From: an uncultured Bacteroidota bacterium
GTDB taxonomy: Bacteria > Bacteroidota > Bacteroidia > Flavobacteriales > TMED113
NCBI GenBank assembly: GCA_902533035.1
Contig: CACAKI010000001.1
Span: 33,917-97,916 of the forward strand
DNA length: 64,000 nt
Direction: 5' to 3'
Both the position numbers and the translations under genes were made by a program. The notes below the pieces were generated by a model. The model did not search any database. It worked only from the letters and a program-made list of their open reading frames with translations, and was not told the origin of the DNA. Of the stretch, positions 37,398-49,929 are shown in pieces; within the stretch, counting starts at the first letter, position 1; each line of letters begins with the position of its first letter.

Positions 37398-39503
37398 ATG
37401 TCAAAGAGAGATTTAAAATATACTAGGAATATTGGAATTATGGCTCATATTGATGCTGGTAAAACAACTACTACTGAGCGTATACTATATTATACTGGAT
37501 TAAGTCACAAAATTGGAGAAGTTCATGATGGCGCGGCTACAATGGATTGGATGGAGCAAGAACAAGAAAGAGGAATTACGATTACTTCAGCGGCGACTAC
37601 AACTAATTGGAAATTTAGAGGTGAAGAATTTAAAATGAATATTATTGATACGCCTGGTCACGTTGATTTTACTGTTGAAGTGGAAAGGTCATTAAGAGTG
37701 TTGGATGGAGCTATTGCTCTTTTTTGTGCATCTGGAGGTGTAGAGCCTCAATCTGAAACTGTTTGGAGACAAGCAGATAGATATAAAGTACCAAGAATAG
37801 GCTTTGTGAATAAAATGGATAGAATTGGTGCTGATTTTTTTAGATGTGTAGATCAAATCAAAGACAGATTAAATGGAAACCCAGTACCAATTCAAATTCC
37901 AATTGGTGCTGAGGATGATTTCAAAGGGGTTGTTGATTTAATTAAAATGAAAGCTATTATTTGGAATGAAGAAGATTTAGGAATGACTTATGAAGAATTA
38001 GATATTCCAGAAGACTTAAAGCAAGATGCCTCTGATTGGAGAGAAAAACTTCTTGAAGCTGTAGCAGAGTCTGATGAGGCATTAATGGAAAAATATTTTG
38101 ATAATCCTGAATCTATTACAACTGAGGAAATTGAAAGAGCTTTAAGAAAAGCAACTTTAAATATGTCAGTAACACCTCTAATGTGTGGTTCTGCTTTTAA
38201 AAATAAAGGAGTTCAAACAGCATTGGATAATGTAATGCTATATTTACCTAGTCCTCTTGATGTAGGGAGTGTAGAAGGAACAAAACCTTCTACTGAAGAG
38301 GTGATTTCTAGAGGTCCATCTAATGATGAACCATTTAGTGCTTTAGCTTTTAAAATTGCTACAGATCCTTTTGTGGGAAGACTATGTTTTTTTAGAGTTT
38401 ATTCAGGTAAATTAAATGCTGGTTCTTATGTACTTAATACTCGATCTGATCAAAAAGAAAGAATATCCCGTATATTTCAAATGCATTCAAATAATAGGAA
38501 TTCACTTGATGTTATAGAAGCGGGTGATATAGGTGCTGCTGTTGGATTTAAAAATATTAAAACAGGAGACACTTTATGTACTGAAAATGCTCCTATTTCT
38601 TTAGAATCAATGGATTTTCCAGAGCCAGTAATTGGAATAGCTGTTGAACCAAAAACAAAAGCAGATTTAGATAAATTAGGAAATGGTTTAGCAAAACTTT
38701 CGGAAGAAGACCCAACTTTTCAAGTGAAAACTGATGATGATTCTGGTCAAACTATTATTTCAGGAATGGGAGAATTACATCTTGAAGTTTTAATTGATAG
38801 GTTGAAAAGAGAATTTTCTGTAGAATGTACTCAAGGCGCACCTCAAGTTAATTATAAAGAAGCAATTTCAGGTTCTTCAGATCATAGAGAGATTTATAAA
38901 AAACAAACGGGTGGTAGAGGAAAATTTGCAGATATTGTTTTCACAATAGAACCAAATAATGATCCTGAAAATCCAGGTTTTAATTTTATAAATAAAATAA
39001 AGGGAGGTAATATTCCAAGAGAATATATACCATCTGTGGAAAAGGGTTTTAAGCAAGCAATGAGTAATGGTGTTTTAGCTGGTTTTGCAATGGATTCTAT
39101 GCAAGTTACATTAACAGATGGTTCTTACCATGCAGTTGATTCAGATTCCTTATCCTTTGAGATTTGCGCAAAATTAGCTTTCAAAGAAGCACTTCCAAAA
39201 TGTAATCCGATTTTATTAGAACCTATCATGAAATTAGAAGTAGTTACTCCAGAGGAAAATATGGGTGATGTTATAGGTGATTTAAATAAACGAAGAGGAT
39301 TAATTGAAGGAACAAATGAAAGAAGTGGTGCAACAATCATTAATGCTAAAGTTCCTTTGTCTGAAATGTTTGGTTATGTAACTGATTTAAGAACAATTAC
39401 TTCAGGTAGAGCAACTTCAACTATGGAGTTTTTTAATTTTGAAGAGGCTCCAAAAAATATTGCACAAGAAGTTATTAATAAAGTAAAAAAAATAGAGGCT
39501 TAA
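37398..39503 (+). CDS. fusA: Elongation factor G
   Basis: [32 protein letters not shown]. 701 aa. Confidence 0.98.
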   Translation: MSKRDLKYTRNIGIMAHIDAGKTTTTERILYYTGLSHKIGEVHDGAATMDWMEQEQERGITITSAATTTNWKFRGEEFKMNIIDTPGHVDFTVEVERSLRVLDGAIALFCASGGVEPQSETVWRQADRYKVPRIGFVNKMDRIGADFFRCVDQIKDRLNGNPVPIQIPIGAEDDFKGVVDLIKMKAIIWNEEDLGMTYEELDIPEDLKQDASDWREKLLEAVAESDEALMEKYFDNPESITTEEIERALRKATLNMSVTPLMCGSAFKNKGVQTALDNVMLYLPSPLDVGSVEGTKPSTEEVISRGPSNDEPFSALAFKIATDPFVGRLCFFRVYSGKLNAGSYVLNTRSDQKERISRIFQMHSNNRNSLDVIEAGDIGAAVGFKNIKTGDTLCTENAPISLESMDFPEPVIGIAVEPKTKADLDKLGNGLAKLSEEDPTFQVKTDDDSGQTIISGMGELHLEVLIDRLKREFSVECTQGAPQVNYKEAISGSSDHREIYKKQTGGRGKFADIVFTIEPNNDPENPGFNFINKIKGGNIPREYIPSVEKGFKQAMSNGVLAGFAMDSMQVTLTDGSYHAVDSDSLSFEICAKLAFKEALPKCNPILLEPIMKLEVVTPEENMGDVIGDLNKRRGLIEGTNERSGATIINAKVPLSEMFGYVTDLRTITSGRATSTMEFFNFEEAPKNIAQEVINKVKKIEA

Positions 39504-39507
39504 AGTT

Positions 39508-39819
39508 ATGAGTCAAAAAATTAGAATAAAATTAAAGTCATATGATCACAATTTAGTAGATAGAACTGCTGAAAAAATTGTAAAAACTGTAAAGCCAACA
39601 GGAGCTGTAGTAAGCGGTCCAATCCCTCTTCCTACACATAAGAAACATTTTACAGTATTGAGATCGCCACATGTAAACAAAAAAGCTAGAGAACAATTTG
39701 AGTTGAGCTCTTTTAAAAGGTTGTTAGATATTTTCTGTGCGACAAATGCTAATAAAACAGTAGATGCTTTAATGAAATTAGAGCTTCCTAGTGGTGTTGA
39801 AGTAGAAATAAAAGTATAA
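39508..39819 (+). CDS. rpsJ: 30S ribosomal protein S10
   Basis: [10 protein letters not shown]..., [15 protein letters not shown]. Confidence 0.98.
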   Translation: MSQKIRIKLKSYDHNLVDRTAEKIVKTVKPTGAVVSGPIPLPTHKKHFTVLRSPHVNKKAREQFELSSFKRLLDIFCATNANKTVDALMKLELPSGVEVEIKV

Positions 39820-39823
39820 TAAA

Positions 39824-40480
39824 ATGGCTGGTATAATAGGAAAAAAAATAGGAATGACTAGTGTCTTTGATACAGATGGATTGAATATGGCATGTACCAT
39901 TATTCAAGCTGGGCCATGTGTTGTTACTCAGTTAAAAACTATGGCAGTGGATGGGTATGATTCTGTTCAAATTGGATTTGAAGATAAAACTTTAAAAAAG
40001 TCTATTAAATCAGAAATTGGTCATTTAAAAAAATCAAAATCAACTCCTAAAAAAATATACAAAGAATTTTCTGATTTTGATATTCAAATTAGTGATCAAG
40101 AAGGAAATTCTTCATCTAAAGAGGTGAAAATAGGGGATGTTTTTACTATTGATCAACTTTTCAAAGAAGGAGAGTTTGTAGATGTCAGCGGAAAAAGTAA
40201 AGGAAAAGGATTTCAAGGTGTTGTTAAAAGACATGGTTTTCGTGGAGTCGGAGATGCGACTCATGGTCAACATAATAGAATGAGAGCTCCGGGTTCAATT
40301 GGAGCAGCTTCTTATCCAGCAAGAGTATTTAAAGGTATGAGAATGGCGGGGAGAATGGGAGGTAAAAGGGTTACTTATCAGAATTTAAAAATCATAAAAA
40401 TTTTAGCTGATAAAAATCTTATGTTAGTAAAAGGAGCTATTCCAGGGCCAAAAAATAGTTATGTTGAAATAACTAATTAG
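39824..40480 (+). CDS. rplC: 50S ribosomal protein L3
   Basis: [32 protein letters not shown]. Confidence 0.97.
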   Translation: MAGIIGKKIGMTSVFDTDGLNMACTIIQAGPCVVTQLKTMAVDGYDSVQIGFEDKTLKKSIKSEIGHLKKSKSTPKKIYKEFSDFDIQISDQEGNSSSKEVKIGDVFTIDQLFKEGEFVDVSGKSKGKGFQGVVKRHGFRGVGDATHGQHNRMRAPGSIGAASYPARVFKGMRMAGRMGGKRVTYQNLKIIKILADKNLMLVKGAIPGPKNSYVEITN

Positions 40481-40486
40481 TGAATT

Positions 40487-41113
40487 ATGAAACTGAAAGT
40501 ATTAAATATAGAAGGAAAAGATACAGGAAAAGAATTATCACTAAGTGATAAAATTTTTAAAATTGAACCTAATTCTCATGTAGTTTATTTAGCTATTAAA
40601 CAGTATATGGCTAATAATAGACAAGGTACTCATAAGGCAAAACCCAGATCAGAAATTATTGGTAGTACTCGAAAAATTAAAAAACAAAAAGGAACAGGAA
40701 CAGCTAGAGCTGGAAGTATAAAATCTCCTTTATTTAGAGGTGGAGGAAGAACTTTTGGACCTCTTCCAAGAGATTATTCTTTTAAATTAAATAAAAAGGT
40801 TAAGAAATTAGCTAAGCAATCTGTTTTTAGCTCAAAATTAGCTAGCAATAGTATTTTAATATTAGATGATTTTTCTTTTGAAGAACCAAACTCAAAGAAA
40901 TGTATCAAAATGTTGTCAGATTTAGGTGTTAACTCAAGTAAATCACTTCTTATATCTGAAGATAAAAATGATAATTTATTACTTTCGTCAAGAAATGTTG
41001 AAAAGGTTAGTGTTATTAATTCGAATGAAATAGATATTTTTTCATTAATGAATGCAAGTAAAATTGTGATTTCTGAATCTGCAATGAAAAAAATAGAAAG
41101 TTTATTAAAATAA
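40487..41113 (+). CDS. rplD: 50S ribosomal protein L4
   Basis: RQGTHKAK.R.E..GS.RK..KQKGTG.AR.GS, with S10-operon synteny. Confidence 0.96.
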   Translation: MKLKVLNIEGKDTGKELSLSDKIFKIEPNSHVVYLAIKQYMANNRQGTHKAKPRSEIIGSTRKIKKQKGTGTARAGSIKSPLFRGGGRTFGPLPRDYSFKLNKKVKKLAKQSVFSSKLASNSILILDDFSFEEPNSKKCIKMLSDLGVNSSKSLLISEDKNDNLLLSSRNVEKVSVINSNEIDIFSLMNASKIVISESAMKKIESLLK

Positions 41114-41121
41114 TATAAAAC

Positions 41122-41409
41122 ATGGAAGTAATTATTAAACCTATAGTAACAGAAAAAATGACTCAGAAAACTGAGCTTTTAAATGATTACGGATTTATAG
41201 TAAGTAGAAAAGCTAATAAAATAGAAATAAAAAAAGCAGTTGAAAAAAGCTATAATGTAAAGGTAGAATCAGTTAGGACTATGATTTACAGAGGAAAAGA
41301 AAAAAGTAGATTTACAAAAACAGGGGTAATAAAAGGGAAGACAAAATCTTTTAAAAAAGCGATAGTTAGATTAGAAAAAGATAATAGTATAGATTTTTAT
41401 AATAATTAA
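41122..41409 (+). CDS. rplW: 50S ribosomal protein L23
   Basis: 95 aa. [23 protein letters not shown]. Confidence 0.96.
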   Translation: MEVIIKPIVTEKMTQKTELLNDYGFIVSRKANKIEIKKAVEKSYNVKVESVRTMIYRGKEKSRFTKTGVIKGKTKSFKKAIVRLEKDNSIDFYNN

Positions 41410-41411
41410 AA

Positions 41412-42233
41412 ATGGCAACAAGAAAATTAAAACCAACGACACCGGGACAACGTTTTAAAGTTGTTACATCTTTTGATGTTACTTCTTCTAAGCCTGAGAA
41501 AAGCTTGTTGGCTGTTAATAATAGAAGTGGTGGTAGAAACAAAGATGGGAAGATGACAATGAGGCATATAGGTGGAGGACATAAGAAAAAATACAGGCTT
41601 ATTGATTTTAAAAGACAAAAAAACGATATTCCCGCTATTGTAAAAGCAATAGAATATGATCCTAATAGAAGTGCAAGAATAGCTCTTTTATATTATTTAG
41701 ATGGACAAAAAAGTTACATTTTATGCCCTAAGGGTTTGAAAGTTGATGATACTATTATATCTGGGAAAAAAGCAGCTCCAGAAATAGGAAATGCATTATT
41801 TTTATCAGATATACCTTTAGGTACGTCCATTCATAATATAGAACTTACTCCTGGAAAAGGCGGTGAATTAGCTAGAAGCGCTGGTTCTTTTGCTACTTTA
41901 GTTGCTAGAGAAGGAAAATATGTGACTATTAAATTGCCTAGTGGAGAGATTAGAATGATTTTGTCCACTTGTTTAGCTACTATAGGAGTTTTATCTAATT
42001 CAGAAAATAATTTACAAAAATCTGGAAAAGCAGGAAGAAGTCGTTGGTTAGGTAGAAGGCCTAGGACTAGAGGTGTTGCGATGAATCCAGTGGATCATCC
42101 TATGGGTGGAGGAGAAGGAAAATCGTCTGGAGGTCATCCAAGATCTAGAACTGGTGTTCCTGCAAAAGGTTTTAAAACTAGAAAAAAGAAAAAACCATCA
42201 AATAAATTTATTGTTGAAAGAAGAAAAAAATAA
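41412..42233 (+). CDS. rplB: 50S ribosomal protein L2
   Basis: [39 protein letters not shown]. Confidence 0.98.
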   Translation: MATRKLKPTTPGQRFKVVTSFDVTSSKPEKSLLAVNNRSGGRNKDGKMTMRHIGGGHKKKYRLIDFKRQKNDIPAIVKAIEYDPNRSARIALLYYLDGQKSYILCPKGLKVDDTIISGKKAAPEIGNALFLSDIPLGTSIHNIELTPGKGGELARSAGSFATLVAREGKYVTIKLPSGEIRMILSTCLATIGVLSNSENNLQKSGKAGRSRWLGRRPRTRGVAMNPVDHPMGGGEGKSSGGHPRSRTGVPAKGFKTRKKKKPSNKFIVERRKK

Positions 42234-42236
42234 ACT

Positions 42237-42506
42237 ATGGCAAGATCTCTAAAAAAAGGACCATTTGTAAACGTTAAGTTAGCTAAAAAGATAGCTACTG
42301 CAGTTGAGTCAAATAAAAAGTCGGTAATTAAAACTTGGAGTAGGGCTTCAATGATTATTCCAGATTTTGTAGGACAGACTATTGCGGTTCATAATGGCAA
42401 ACAATTTATTCCAGTTTTTATTACTGAAAATATGGTTGGACATAAATTAGGAGAATTTTCACCAACTAGAAATTTTAGGGGTCACTCAGGTAATAAAAAG
42501 AGATAA
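42237..42506 (+). CDS. rpsS: 30S ribosomal protein S19
   Basis: [31 protein letters not shown]. Confidence 0.98.
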   Translation: MARSLKKGPFVNVKLAKKIATAVESNKKSVIKTWSRASMIIPDFVGQTIAVHNGKQFIPVFITENMVGHKLGEFSPTRNFRGHSGNKKR

Positions 42507-42519
42507 AAGATAAAATAAA

Positions 42520-42936
42520 ATGGGAGTAAGAAAAAAAAATAAAGCAAATTTAATTAAGGAAGCAAATAAAAATATTGCATTTGCTAAATTAAAAAAATGC
42601 CCAACTTCTCCAAGAAAAATGAGGTTGATAGCAGATCAAATAAGAGGCTTAAATGTAAATATTGCTTTAAATATTTTAAAAACTGACTCGAAAGAAGTTG
42701 CGAATAGAATGGAAAAACTTTTATTGTCTTGTATGGCAAATTGGAAACAAAAAAATAAAGAGAAAAACATTGAGGATACTGATCTTTTTATAAAGGAAGT
42801 GTATGTTGATTCTGCAAGAATGTTAAAAAGAATTCAACCAGCTCCTCAAGGAAGAGCGCATAGAATTAGAAAAAGATCAAATCATATAACTATGATTGTT
42901 GATGAGTTAGAAAAAAAAGAAGAGAATATAAATTAA
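42520..42936 (+). CDS. rplV: 50S ribosomal protein L22
   Basis: SPRKMRLIADQIRG, RIQPAPQGRAHRIRKRSNHIT. Confidence 0.97.
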   Translation: MGVRKKNKANLIKEANKNIAFAKLKKCPTSPRKMRLIADQIRGLNVNIALNILKTDSKEVANRMEKLLLSCMANWKQKNKEKNIEDTDLFIKEVYVDSARMLKRIQPAPQGRAHRIRKRSNHITMIVDELEKKEENIN

Positions 42937-42942
42937 AATAAT

Positions 42943-43629
42943 ATGGGACAGAAAACAAATCCAATAGGAAATAGGTTAGGTTTTATAAGAGGCTGGGATT
43001 CAGTTTGGTATGGTGGTTATGATTTTGGCGATCGATTATCTGAGGATTACAAAATAAGAAAATATATAAAAGCAAGACTTTCTAAAGCAAGTGTTTCAAA
43101 AATAGTTATAGAGAGGTTAAAAGCAATTACTATTACTATAAGTACAGCTCGTCCAGGTATTATTATAGGTAAAGGAGGTCAAGAAGTAGATAAGTTAAAA
43201 GAAGAATTAAAAAAATTAACAAACAAAGATATTCAGTTAAATATTTTTGAAATCAAAAGACAAGAGTTAGATGCTCATCTTGTTGCAATGAATGTTGCTC
43301 GTCAAATTGAAGGGAGAATTAATTATCGTAAAGCAGTGAAAATGTCTATTTCCTCATCAGTTAGGATGGGTGCTCTAGGTATTAAAATACAAGTTGCAGG
43401 AAGATTAAATGGAGTTGAAATGGCTAGAACAGAAAGTTGGAAAGAAGGAAGAATCCCATTGCATACTTTTAGAGCAGATATTGATTATGCTTGTGAAGAA
43501 GCGTTGACAACTTATGGTTTAATTGGGATAAAGGTTTGGATATTTAAAGGTGAAGTTTATGGAAAAAGAGACTTAACACCAATAGAGACTTTGAATTTAG
43601 GGAGAAAAAAATCTAATAGAAAAAAATAA
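42943..43629 (+). CDS. rpsC: 30S ribosomal protein S3
   Basis: [15 protein letters not shown] domain [21 protein letters not shown]. Confidence 0.98.
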   Translation: MGQKTNPIGNRLGFIRGWDSVWYGGYDFGDRLSEDYKIRKYIKARLSKASVSKIVIERLKAITITISTARPGIIIGKGGQEVDKLKEELKKLTNKDIQLNIFEIKRQELDAHLVAMNVARQIEGRINYRKAVKMSISSSVRMGALGIKIQVAGRLNGVEMARTESWKEGRIPLHTFRADIDYACEEALTTYGLIGIKVWIFKGEVYGKRDLTPIETLNLGRKKSNRKK

Positions 43630-43633
43630 AAAC

Positions 43634-44056
43634 ATGTTACAACCTAAGAGAACAAAATATAGAAAGATGCAAAAGGGTAGAATGAAAGGCCTTGCTCATA
43701 GAGGAAGTAATTTAGATTTTGGTTCTTTTGGAATAAAGGCTTTAGAGCAGTGTTGGATGACTTCAAGGCAAATTGAGGCTGCACGTATTGCAGCAACACG
43801 TTATATGAAAAGAGAAGGTCAATTATGGATTCGTATTTTTCCTGATAAACCAATAACTAAAAAACCTGCTGAGGTTAGAATGGGAAAAGGGAAAGGCGCT
43901 CCAGAACATTTTGTTGCTGTGGTAAAGGCGGGTAGAGTAATGTTTGAAGTAGATGGAGTTTCTTTTGAGGTAGCACAAGAAGCACTAAGACTTGCTTCCC
44001 AAAAACTTCCTATTAAAACAAAATTTATTGTTAGAAGAGATTATGTAAGAAATTAA
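43634..44056 (+). CDS. rplP: 50S ribosomal protein L16
   Basis: [31 protein letters not shown]. Confidence 0.98.
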   Translation: MLQPKRTKYRKMQKGRMKGLAHRGSNLDFGSFGIKALEQCWMTSRQIEAARIAATRYMKREGQLWIRIFPDKPITKKPAEVRMGKGKGAPEHFVAVVKAGRVMFEVDGVSFEVAQEALRLASQKLPIKTKFIVRRDYVRN

Positions 44057-44071
44057 TAATTTGGACCAATT

Positions 44072-44266
44072 ATGAGCAATAAAATATATAAAGAGATGAC
44101 AAATGAAGAATTAAAAAAGAAACTTTTTGATTCTAAATTAGATTATCAAAAAATGAAATTACAACATTCAGTTTCGCAAATCGAAAAGCCATCTCAAATA
44201 AAATATGCGAGAAGAAATATAGCGAGAATGATGACTGAGTTAAAGAAAAGAGATATAAATATTTAA
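44072..44266 (+). CDS. rpmC: 50S ribosomal protein L29
   Basis: 64 aa. Helical with an ARRNIAR motif. Synteny between rplP and rpsQ. Confidence 0.93.
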   Translation: MSNKIYKEMTNEELKKKLFDSKLDYQKMKLQHSVSQIEKPSQIKYARRNIARMMTELKKRDINI

Positions 44267-44267
44267 A

Positions 44268-44531
44268 ATGGAATTAGAAAAAAGAAATTTAAGAAAAGAA
44301 AGGATCGGTATTGTTACTAGTAATTCTATGGATAAATCTGTAGTTGTTTCTGTTGAAAGAAAAGTGAAGCATAGGATATATGGAAAGTATATCAAAAAAA
44401 CGACTAAGTTTTTTGTGCATGATGAAAATAATCAGTGTAATATAGGTGACCGTATATCAATTATAGAAACTCGTCCCCTTAGTAAAAAAAAGTGTTGGAG
44501 ATTAATGAAAATTATTGAAAAAGCTAAATAA
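44268..44531 (+). CDS. rpsQ: 30S ribosomal protein S17
   Basis: [26 protein letters not shown]. Confidence 0.96.
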   Translation: MELEKRNLRKERIGIVTSNSMDKSVVVSVERKVKHRIYGKYIKKTTKFFVHDENNQCNIGDRISIIETRPLSKKKCWRLMKIIEKAK

Positions 44532-44533
44532 TT

Positions 44534-44902
44534 ATGTTACAACAAGAATCAAGATTAACTATTGCAGATAATACTGGAGCTAAAGAGGCTTTATGCATTC
44601 GTGTGCTTGGTGGCACAAAGAGGAGATACGCATCGTTAGGTGATAAAATAGTAATTACTGTTAAATCAGCTACTCCAAATGGGATGGTAAAAAAAGGTCA
44701 AGTTAGCACAGCTGTTGTAGTGAGATCTAAAAAGGAAGTTAGGAGAAAGGATGGATCCTATATTAGGTTTGATGATAATGCATGTGTTCTTCTAGACACT
44801 AATAATGAGATGAGAGGTACTAGAGTTTTTGGTCCAGTGGCTAGGGAGCTTAGAGAAAAAAAATATATGAAAATAATATCACTAGCTCCAGAAGTTTTAT
44901 AA
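44534..44902 (+). CDS. rplN: 50S ribosomal protein L14
   Basis: [25 protein letters not shown]. Confidence 0.98.
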   Translation: MLQQESRLTIADNTGAKEALCIRVLGGTKRRYASLGDKIVITVKSATPNGMVKKGQVSTAVVVRSKKEVRRKDGSYIRFDDNACVLLDTNNEMRGTRVFGPVARELREKKYMKIISLAPEVL

Positions 44903-44913
44903 CAAAAAGAAAA

Positions 44914-45234
44914 ATGAGAAAAACATATTTAAAAAAAGGGGATAATGTTCAGGTTATTACAGGTCGTGATAAAGGGAAAAAAGGTAGAATTATATCTATT
45001 AATAAACCAAATTATACTGCTATAGTTGAAGGGATTAATTTAGTTTCTAAGCATACTAAACCTAATCAAGAAAACCCTAAAGGTGGAGTGATAAAAAAAG
45101 AAGTAGGTATAAATATTTCTAATTTATTATTAGTTGATGGAAAGGGTAAGGCTTCTAAAATAGGCAAAAGACTAAATAAAAAAACTGAAAAAAAAGAAAG
45201 ATATTTTAAAACAACTGGAGATTTAGTAAAATAA
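44914..45234 (+). CDS. rplX: 50S ribosomal protein L24
   Basis: KKGDNVQVITGRDKGKKG KOW motif. spc-operon synteny. Confidence 0.96.
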   Translation: MRKTYLKKGDNVQVITGRDKGKKGRIISINKPNYTAIVEGINLVSKHTKPNQENPKGGVIKKEVGINISNLLLVDGKGKASKIGKRLNKKTEKKERYFKTTGDLVK

Positions 45235-45240
45235 AGAGAC

Positions 45241-45786
45241 ATGAAACCTAGATTAAAAGAAAAATACAAAAATGAAATTGTTCCAAAATTATTAAAAGAT
45301 TTGGATTATCAGAATATCATGGAGGTTCCTAGAATTGAAAAAATTTGTTTGAGTCAAGGTATTGGTTCGGCAGTTTCTGATAAGAAGATGATTGAACAAG
45401 CAGGTTTAGAAATGACAAAAATTTCTGGTCAAAGATCTATAATTACAAAATCTAAAAAAGATATTGCAAATTTTAAATTAAGAAAAGGTATGCCTATAGG
45501 TGTAAAAGTAACTCTTCGAAGAAATAGAATGTATGAGTTTTTAGATAGGTTAATTTCAATTTCAATGCCTGGTATTAGGGATTTTCAAGGCATTAACCCT
45601 AAAGGGTTTGATGGTAGGGGGAATTATACTGTGGGAATAAAGGAACAAATTATTTTTCCTGAAATCAAGGTAGATGAAGTAAAAAAAATAACAGGAATGG
45701 ATATTACCTTTGTTACTTCTGCTAAATCGGATGATGAAGCTCGAAGTTTATTAGAGTGTTTTGGATTACCATTTAAAAAAATATAA
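45241..45786 (+). CDS. rplE: 50S ribosomal protein L5
   Basis: [34 protein letters not shown]. Confidence 0.98.
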   Translation: MKPRLKEKYKNEIVPKLLKDLDYQNIMEVPRIEKICLSQGIGSAVSDKKMIEQAGLEMTKISGQRSIITKSKKDIANFKLRKGMPIGVKVTLRRNRMYEFLDRLISISMPGIRDFQGINPKGFDGRGNYTVGIKEQIIFPEIKVDEVKKITGMDITFVTSAKSDDEARSLLECFGLPFKKI

Positions 45787-45793
45787 ATAGATT

Positions 45794-46063
45794 ATGGCAA
45801 AAGAATCAATGAAAGCAAGAGAAGTAAAGCGTCAACGTTTAGTTGCTAAATATGCAGCAAAACGAAAAGCTTTAAAAGAAGCAGGTGATTATGTAGGTTT
45901 ACAAAGTATTCCTAAAAATGCTTCTCCAGTTCGTTTACACAATAGATGTAAAATTACTGGAAGGCCTAAAGGTTATATGAGAACATTTGGAATTTCTCGT
46001 GTTTTATTTAGAAAAATGGCAAATGCTGGATTAATACCTGGTGTTAAAAAATCAAGTTGGTAA
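45794..46063 (+). CDS. rpsN: 30S ribosomal protein S14 (long form without a Cys cluster)
   Basis: [27 protein letters not shown]. 89 aa. Confidence 0.97.
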   Translation: MAKESMKAREVKRQRLVAKYAAKRKALKEAGDYVGLQSIPKNASPVRLHNRCKITGRPKGYMRTFGISRVLFRKMANAGLIPGVKKSSW

Positions 46064-46075
46064 AATTAAATTAAT

Positions 46076-46474
46076 ATGATAACAGATTCTATAGGTAATT
46101 ATTTAACTAAGATAAGAAATGCTTACATGGCTAACCATAAAGTGGTTGATGTGCCTAGCTCGAATATAAAAAAAGATATGACTAAAATCTTGAAAGATCA
46201 AGGTTATATTTTGAATTATAAATTTATAGATAATGGCAATCAGGGAGTTATAAGAATTGCTTTAAAGTATGATCTTCTTACTAAGATGCCAGCTATTAAA
46301 AAAATAAAGAGAATAAGTAAACCAGGTTTAAGGAATTATACAGGAATGGATAACCTTCCTAGAGTCTTAAACGGATTAGGGATAGCAATTATATCTACCT
46401 CTAAAGGAGTTATGACAGATAAAGAGGCAAGAAAAGTAAATGTTGGTGGTGAAGTTTTATGTTTAGTTTATTAA
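46076..46474 (+). CDS. rpsH: 30S ribosomal protein S8
   Basis: DSIGNYLT.IRNA, GIAIISTSKGVMTD..AR. Ends GGEVLC.VY. Confidence 0.98.
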   Translation: MITDSIGNYLTKIRNAYMANHKVVDVPSSNIKKDMTKILKDQGYILNYKFIDNGNQGVIRIALKYDLLTKMPAIKKIKRISKPGLRNYTGMDNLPRVLNGLGIAIISTSKGVMTDKEARKVNVGGEVLCLVY

Positions 46475-46489
46475 AATAAGAAAAGGAAA

Positions 46490-47038
46490 ATGTCACGAAT
46501 TGGAAAAAAAATTATTGCAATACCAGAGAATGTTGATCTCTCATTTAAGGATGGGGTAGTCTCAGTTTCTTGTAGTGAAAAATCGATGTCTTTAGAAGTA
46601 GGGTCAGATTTTGATTTTATTATTAATGATTCAGTTTTAGAAATTAGAAGATCTTCTGATGAAAAAGAAATAAAATCTAAACATGGTTTATTTAGATCTC
46701 TTGTGTTTAATATGATAGAAGGTGTTTCAAAGGGATTTACAAAAGAATTGGAGTTACATGGAGTTGGTTTTAGAGCTTCTAATCAAGGCCAAAAACTAGA
46801 TATTTCTTTAGGTTACTCTCATAATATTGTTTTTGAAGTTTGTCCTGAGGTGAAAGTAGAAACACAAACAGAAAAAGGCTCAAACCCAAAAATAATACTA
46901 AAATCATACGACAAGCAATTGTTGGGTCAGGTTTGTGCTAAAATAAGATCTTTTAGAAAACACGATCCTTACAAAGGAAAAGGAATTAGATTTGTTGGTG
47001 AAAGAGTAAGAAGAAAAGCAGGAAAAACAACAGCTTAA
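46490..47038 (+). CDS. rplF: 50S ribosomal protein L6
   Basis: MSRIGKK.I.IP, L.GVGFRA, PYKGKGIR. Confidence 0.97.
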   Translation: MSRIGKKIIAIPENVDLSFKDGVVSVSCSEKSMSLEVGSDFDFIINDSVLEIRRSSDEKEIKSKHGLFRSLVFNMIEGVSKGFTKELELHGVGFRASNQGQKLDISLGYSHNIVFEVCPEVKVETQTEKGSNPKIILKSYDKQLLGQVCAKIRSFRKHDPYKGKGIRFVGERVRRKAGKTTA

Positions 47039-47048
47039 AATTTTAGTT

Positions 47049-47402
47049 ATGAAATTAACAAAAAACAATAGAAGATTAAGAATAAAAAGAAGAATAAGAA
47101 AAATCTTGTTTGGGACAGCTGATGTACCAAGGTTAACAGTTTTTAGAAGTAATAAAGAAATTTATGCTTCTGTTGTCAATGATGAGAATAGTCAAACAAT
47201 TTGTTCTACGTCTTCACTTACTAAGGATTTTAAAAATAAAGGAAATAAAATAGAACAATCAGTAGAAGTGGGAAAAAATATAGCAAAACTAGCACTATCT
47301 AAAGGAGTGAAAGAATGTTGTTTTGATAGAAATGGTTATTTATATCACGGAAGAGTAAAATCATTGGCGGAAAGTGCCAGAAAAGAGGGTTTAAAATTTT
47401 AA
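47049..47402 (+). CDS. rplR: 50S ribosomal protein L18
   Basis: [44 protein letters not shown]. Confidence 0.97.
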   Translation: MKLTKNNRRLRIKRRIRKILFGTADVPRLTVFRSNKEIYASVVNDENSQTICSTSSLTKDFKNKGNKIEQSVEVGKNIAKLALSKGVKECCFDRNGYLYHGRVKSLAESARKEGLKF

Positions 47403-47412
47403 TAATTTTTTT

Positions 47413-47937
47413 ATGAAAAAGTATAAAGATATAATTGAATATGTTAGGCCAAGTGGCTTAGAGTTAGAAGAAAAAGTAGTGGGCATACAACGTGTTACTA
47501 AAGTAACTAAAGGAGGGAGAACTTTTACTTTTTCTGCTATAGTTGTTGTAGGAGATAAAAATGGAGTAGTTGGTTATGGTCTTGGAAAAGCAGGTGAGGT
47601 GACTTCTGCAATAGCAAAAGGATTGGAAAATGCTAAGAAAAATTTAATGAGGATACCTATTATTAATGGATCAATTCCGCACGAACAAAATGGTAAATTT
47701 GGTGGTGCTACTGTTTTTATGAGACCTGCTTCAAGTGGAACAGGTGTAATTGCTGGTGGTGCTATGAGAGCTATTATGGATTGTGTGGGAATTAAAGATA
47801 TTTTATCGAAATCAAAAGGTTCATCTAATCCTCATAATGTTGTGAAAGCCACGTTTCAAGCTTTAATTAATTTAAGAAGTGCTAATAAAATTGCTAATAC
47901 AAGAGGAATTAGTTTAGAAAAAGTATTTAATGGTTAG
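47413..47937 (+). CDS. rpsE: 30S ribosomal protein S5
   Basis: [35 protein letters not shown]. Confidence 0.98.
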   Translation: MKKYKDIIEYVRPSGLELEEKVVGIQRVTKVTKGGRTFTFSAIVVVGDKNGVVGYGLGKAGEVTSAIAKGLENAKKNLMRIPIINGSIPHEQNGKFGGATVFMRPASSGTGVIAGGAMRAIMDCVGIKDILSKSKGSSNPHNVVKATFQALINLRSANKIANTRGISLEKVFNG

Positions 47938-47941
47938 AAAA

Positions 47942-48121
47942 ATGGCAAAAATAAAAATAAAACAATTAAAAAGTAAGATTGGGCGACCTGAAAATCAAAA
48001 AAGAACTTTGATTGCTTTGGGATTAGGTAAAATTAATAAAATGGTGGAGTTGGAGGCTACACCACAGATATTAGGGATGGTAAACAAGGTTTCTCATTTA
48101 GTACAAATAGAGGAAATATAA
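47942..48121 (+). CDS. rpmD: 50S ribosomal protein L30
   Basis: [28 protein letters not shown] prefer the ATG at 47942, 4 nt after the rpsE stop, over the overlapping ATG at 47930 in the ORF track. Confidence 0.93.
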   Translation: MAKIKIKQLKSKIGRPENQKRTLIALGLGKINKMVELEATPQILGMVNKVSHLVQIEEI

Positions 48122-48131
48122 AAAAAACAGT

Positions 48132-48584
48132 ATGGATTTATCAAATTTAAAACCAAATACAGGATCTATTAAAAATAGAAAAAGAATTGCTAGAGGACAA
48201 GCTTCTGGAGGAAGTACAGCGGGTCGTGGACATAAAGGTCAAAAATCTCGTTCTGGTTATTCAAAAAAAATTGGATTTGAGGGTGGGCAAATGCCTTTAC
48301 AGCGTAGAGTTCCAAAGTTTGGGTTTTTTAGTCCAAATAAGAAAATTTTTTCTCCATTGAATTTAGGGAGAATACAAAAATTAGTTGATGAAAAAAAAAT
48401 CAAAGAAAAATTAGATTTTCAAGTTATGATTAAGCTTGGTTTAGTTAAGAAAGATGAGAAAGTAAAGATTTTATCTGATGGTGATTTTAAATCTAAATTA
48501 GAAATTTCTGCACATCAATTTTCAAAATCTTCTGAAGAAACTATTACAAAAAATGGGGGTACAATAAATATAATAAGTGATTAA
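48132..48584 (+). CDS. rplO: 50S ribosomal protein L15
   Basis: [30 protein letters not shown]. Confidence 0.97.
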   Translation: MDLSNLKPNTGSIKNRKRIARGQASGGSTAGRGHKGQKSRSGYSKKIGFEGGQMPLQRRVPKFGFFSPNKKIFSPLNLGRIQKLVDEKKIKEKLDFQVMIKLGLVKKDEKVKILSDGDFKSKLEISAHQFSKSSEETITKNGGTINIISD

Positions 48585-49927
48585 TGAAGGGGTTATTACA
48601 AACAATAAAGAATATTTTTAAGATAGAAGAGCTAAGATCTAGAATTTATGTTACTCTTGGTTTTGTTTTGATCTATCGTATATGTGCGTTTGTTACTCTT
48701 CCTGGAGTTGATGTAGATAAATTAGAAAGATTCACAGAGCAAAGTGCAGAAGGGTTACTGGGTATATTAAATTTATTTACAGGTGGTGCGTTTTCACAAT
48801 CTTCTATTATGGCTTTAGGGATTATGCCTTATATTTCTGCTTCTATTGTGATCCAATTATTAGGTATAGGATTGCCTTACATTCAAAAATTACAAAAAGA
48901 AGGGGAGAGTGGTAGAAATACAATTAACCAATTAACTAGGTATTTAACTATTGCAATATGCGCAGTTCAAGCACCGGGTTATTTAACTGCATTATCAGCT
49001 TATGGAATTTCATTAACACCTTCAGCATGGTGGACTTCTTATCTTGTTTTAATTACGGGTACTTTGTTTGCTATGTGGATTGGGGAAAGAATTACAGAAA
49101 GAGGTATAGGTAATGGAATATCTTTATTAATTATGATAGGTATTATAGCAGCTTTGCCATTATCTTTTGTAACTGAATTCACTACAAAATTAGCTGACAC
49201 TGGAGGTGTATTAGTTTTAATGTTAATAGAAATATTATTTCTTTTATTGGTTATTCTTGTTTCAATATTATTGGTTCAGGGAACACGGAAAATTCCAGTG
49301 CAATTTGCAAAGCGTGTAGTTGGAAATCGTCAGTTTGGTGGAGTGAGACAATATATTCCACTTAAAGTAAATGCTGCAGGTGTTATGCCTATAATTTTTG
49401 CTCAAGCTTTAATGTTTTTACCTATGACTTTCTCTGGCTTTGGAGGCACTCCTGATCCAAATACTACTGGAAAATTTGCTATGTGGTTATATACTACATT
49501 TGCATCTCCAGACTCTATGTTTGGTTTTTGGTATAATTTTATTTATTTCTGGATGGTTGTTGCTTTCACATATTTTTATACTGCAGTTACAGTTAATTCT
49601 TCTCAGATGGCAGATGATATGAAGCGAAATGGTGGATTTATACCCGGAGTAAAACCAGGAAGACAAACCGCGGAATATTTAGATACAGTAATGTCAAGAA
49701 TTGTTCTTCCAGGTTCATTATTTTTGGCATTTGTTGCTATTTTACCGGCTTTTGCGGGCATGTTAGGTGTTAGTCCTCAATTTGCTTTATTTTATGGAGG
49801 AACTTCACTTTTGATTATGGTTGGGGTAGTGTTAGATACTTTACAACAAATAGAAAGTTATTTACTAAATAGACATTATGATGGATTAATGAAAGGAGGA
49901 AGGATAAAAGGAAAATCAATGATGTAG
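48584..49927 (+). CDS. secY: Preprotein translocase subunit SecY
   Basis: 447 aa with 10 TM helices. Motifs LGIMPYISASI and GNGISL. TAATG overlap with rplO. Confidence 0.98.
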   Translation: MKGLLQTIKNIFKIEELRSRIYVTLGFVLIYRICAFVTLPGVDVDKLERFTEQSAEGLLGILNLFTGGAFSQSSIMALGIMPYISASIVIQLLGIGLPYIQKLQKEGESGRNTINQLTRYLTIAICAVQAPGYLTALSAYGISLTPSAWWTSYLVLITGTLFAMWIGERITERGIGNGISLLIMIGIIAALPLSFVTEFTTKLADTGGVLVLMLIEILFLLLVILVSILLVQGTRKIPVQFAKRVVGNRQFGGVRQYIPLKVNAAGVMPIIFAQALMFLPMTFSGFGGTPDPNTTGKFAMWLYTTFASPDSMFGFWYNFIYFWMVVAFTYFYTAVTVNSSQMADDMKRNGGFIPGVKPGRQTAEYLDTVMSRIVLPGSLFLAFVAILPAFAGMLGVSPQFALFYGGTSLLIMVGVVLDTLQQIESYLLNRHYDGLMKGGRIKGKSMM

Positions 49928-49929
49928 TT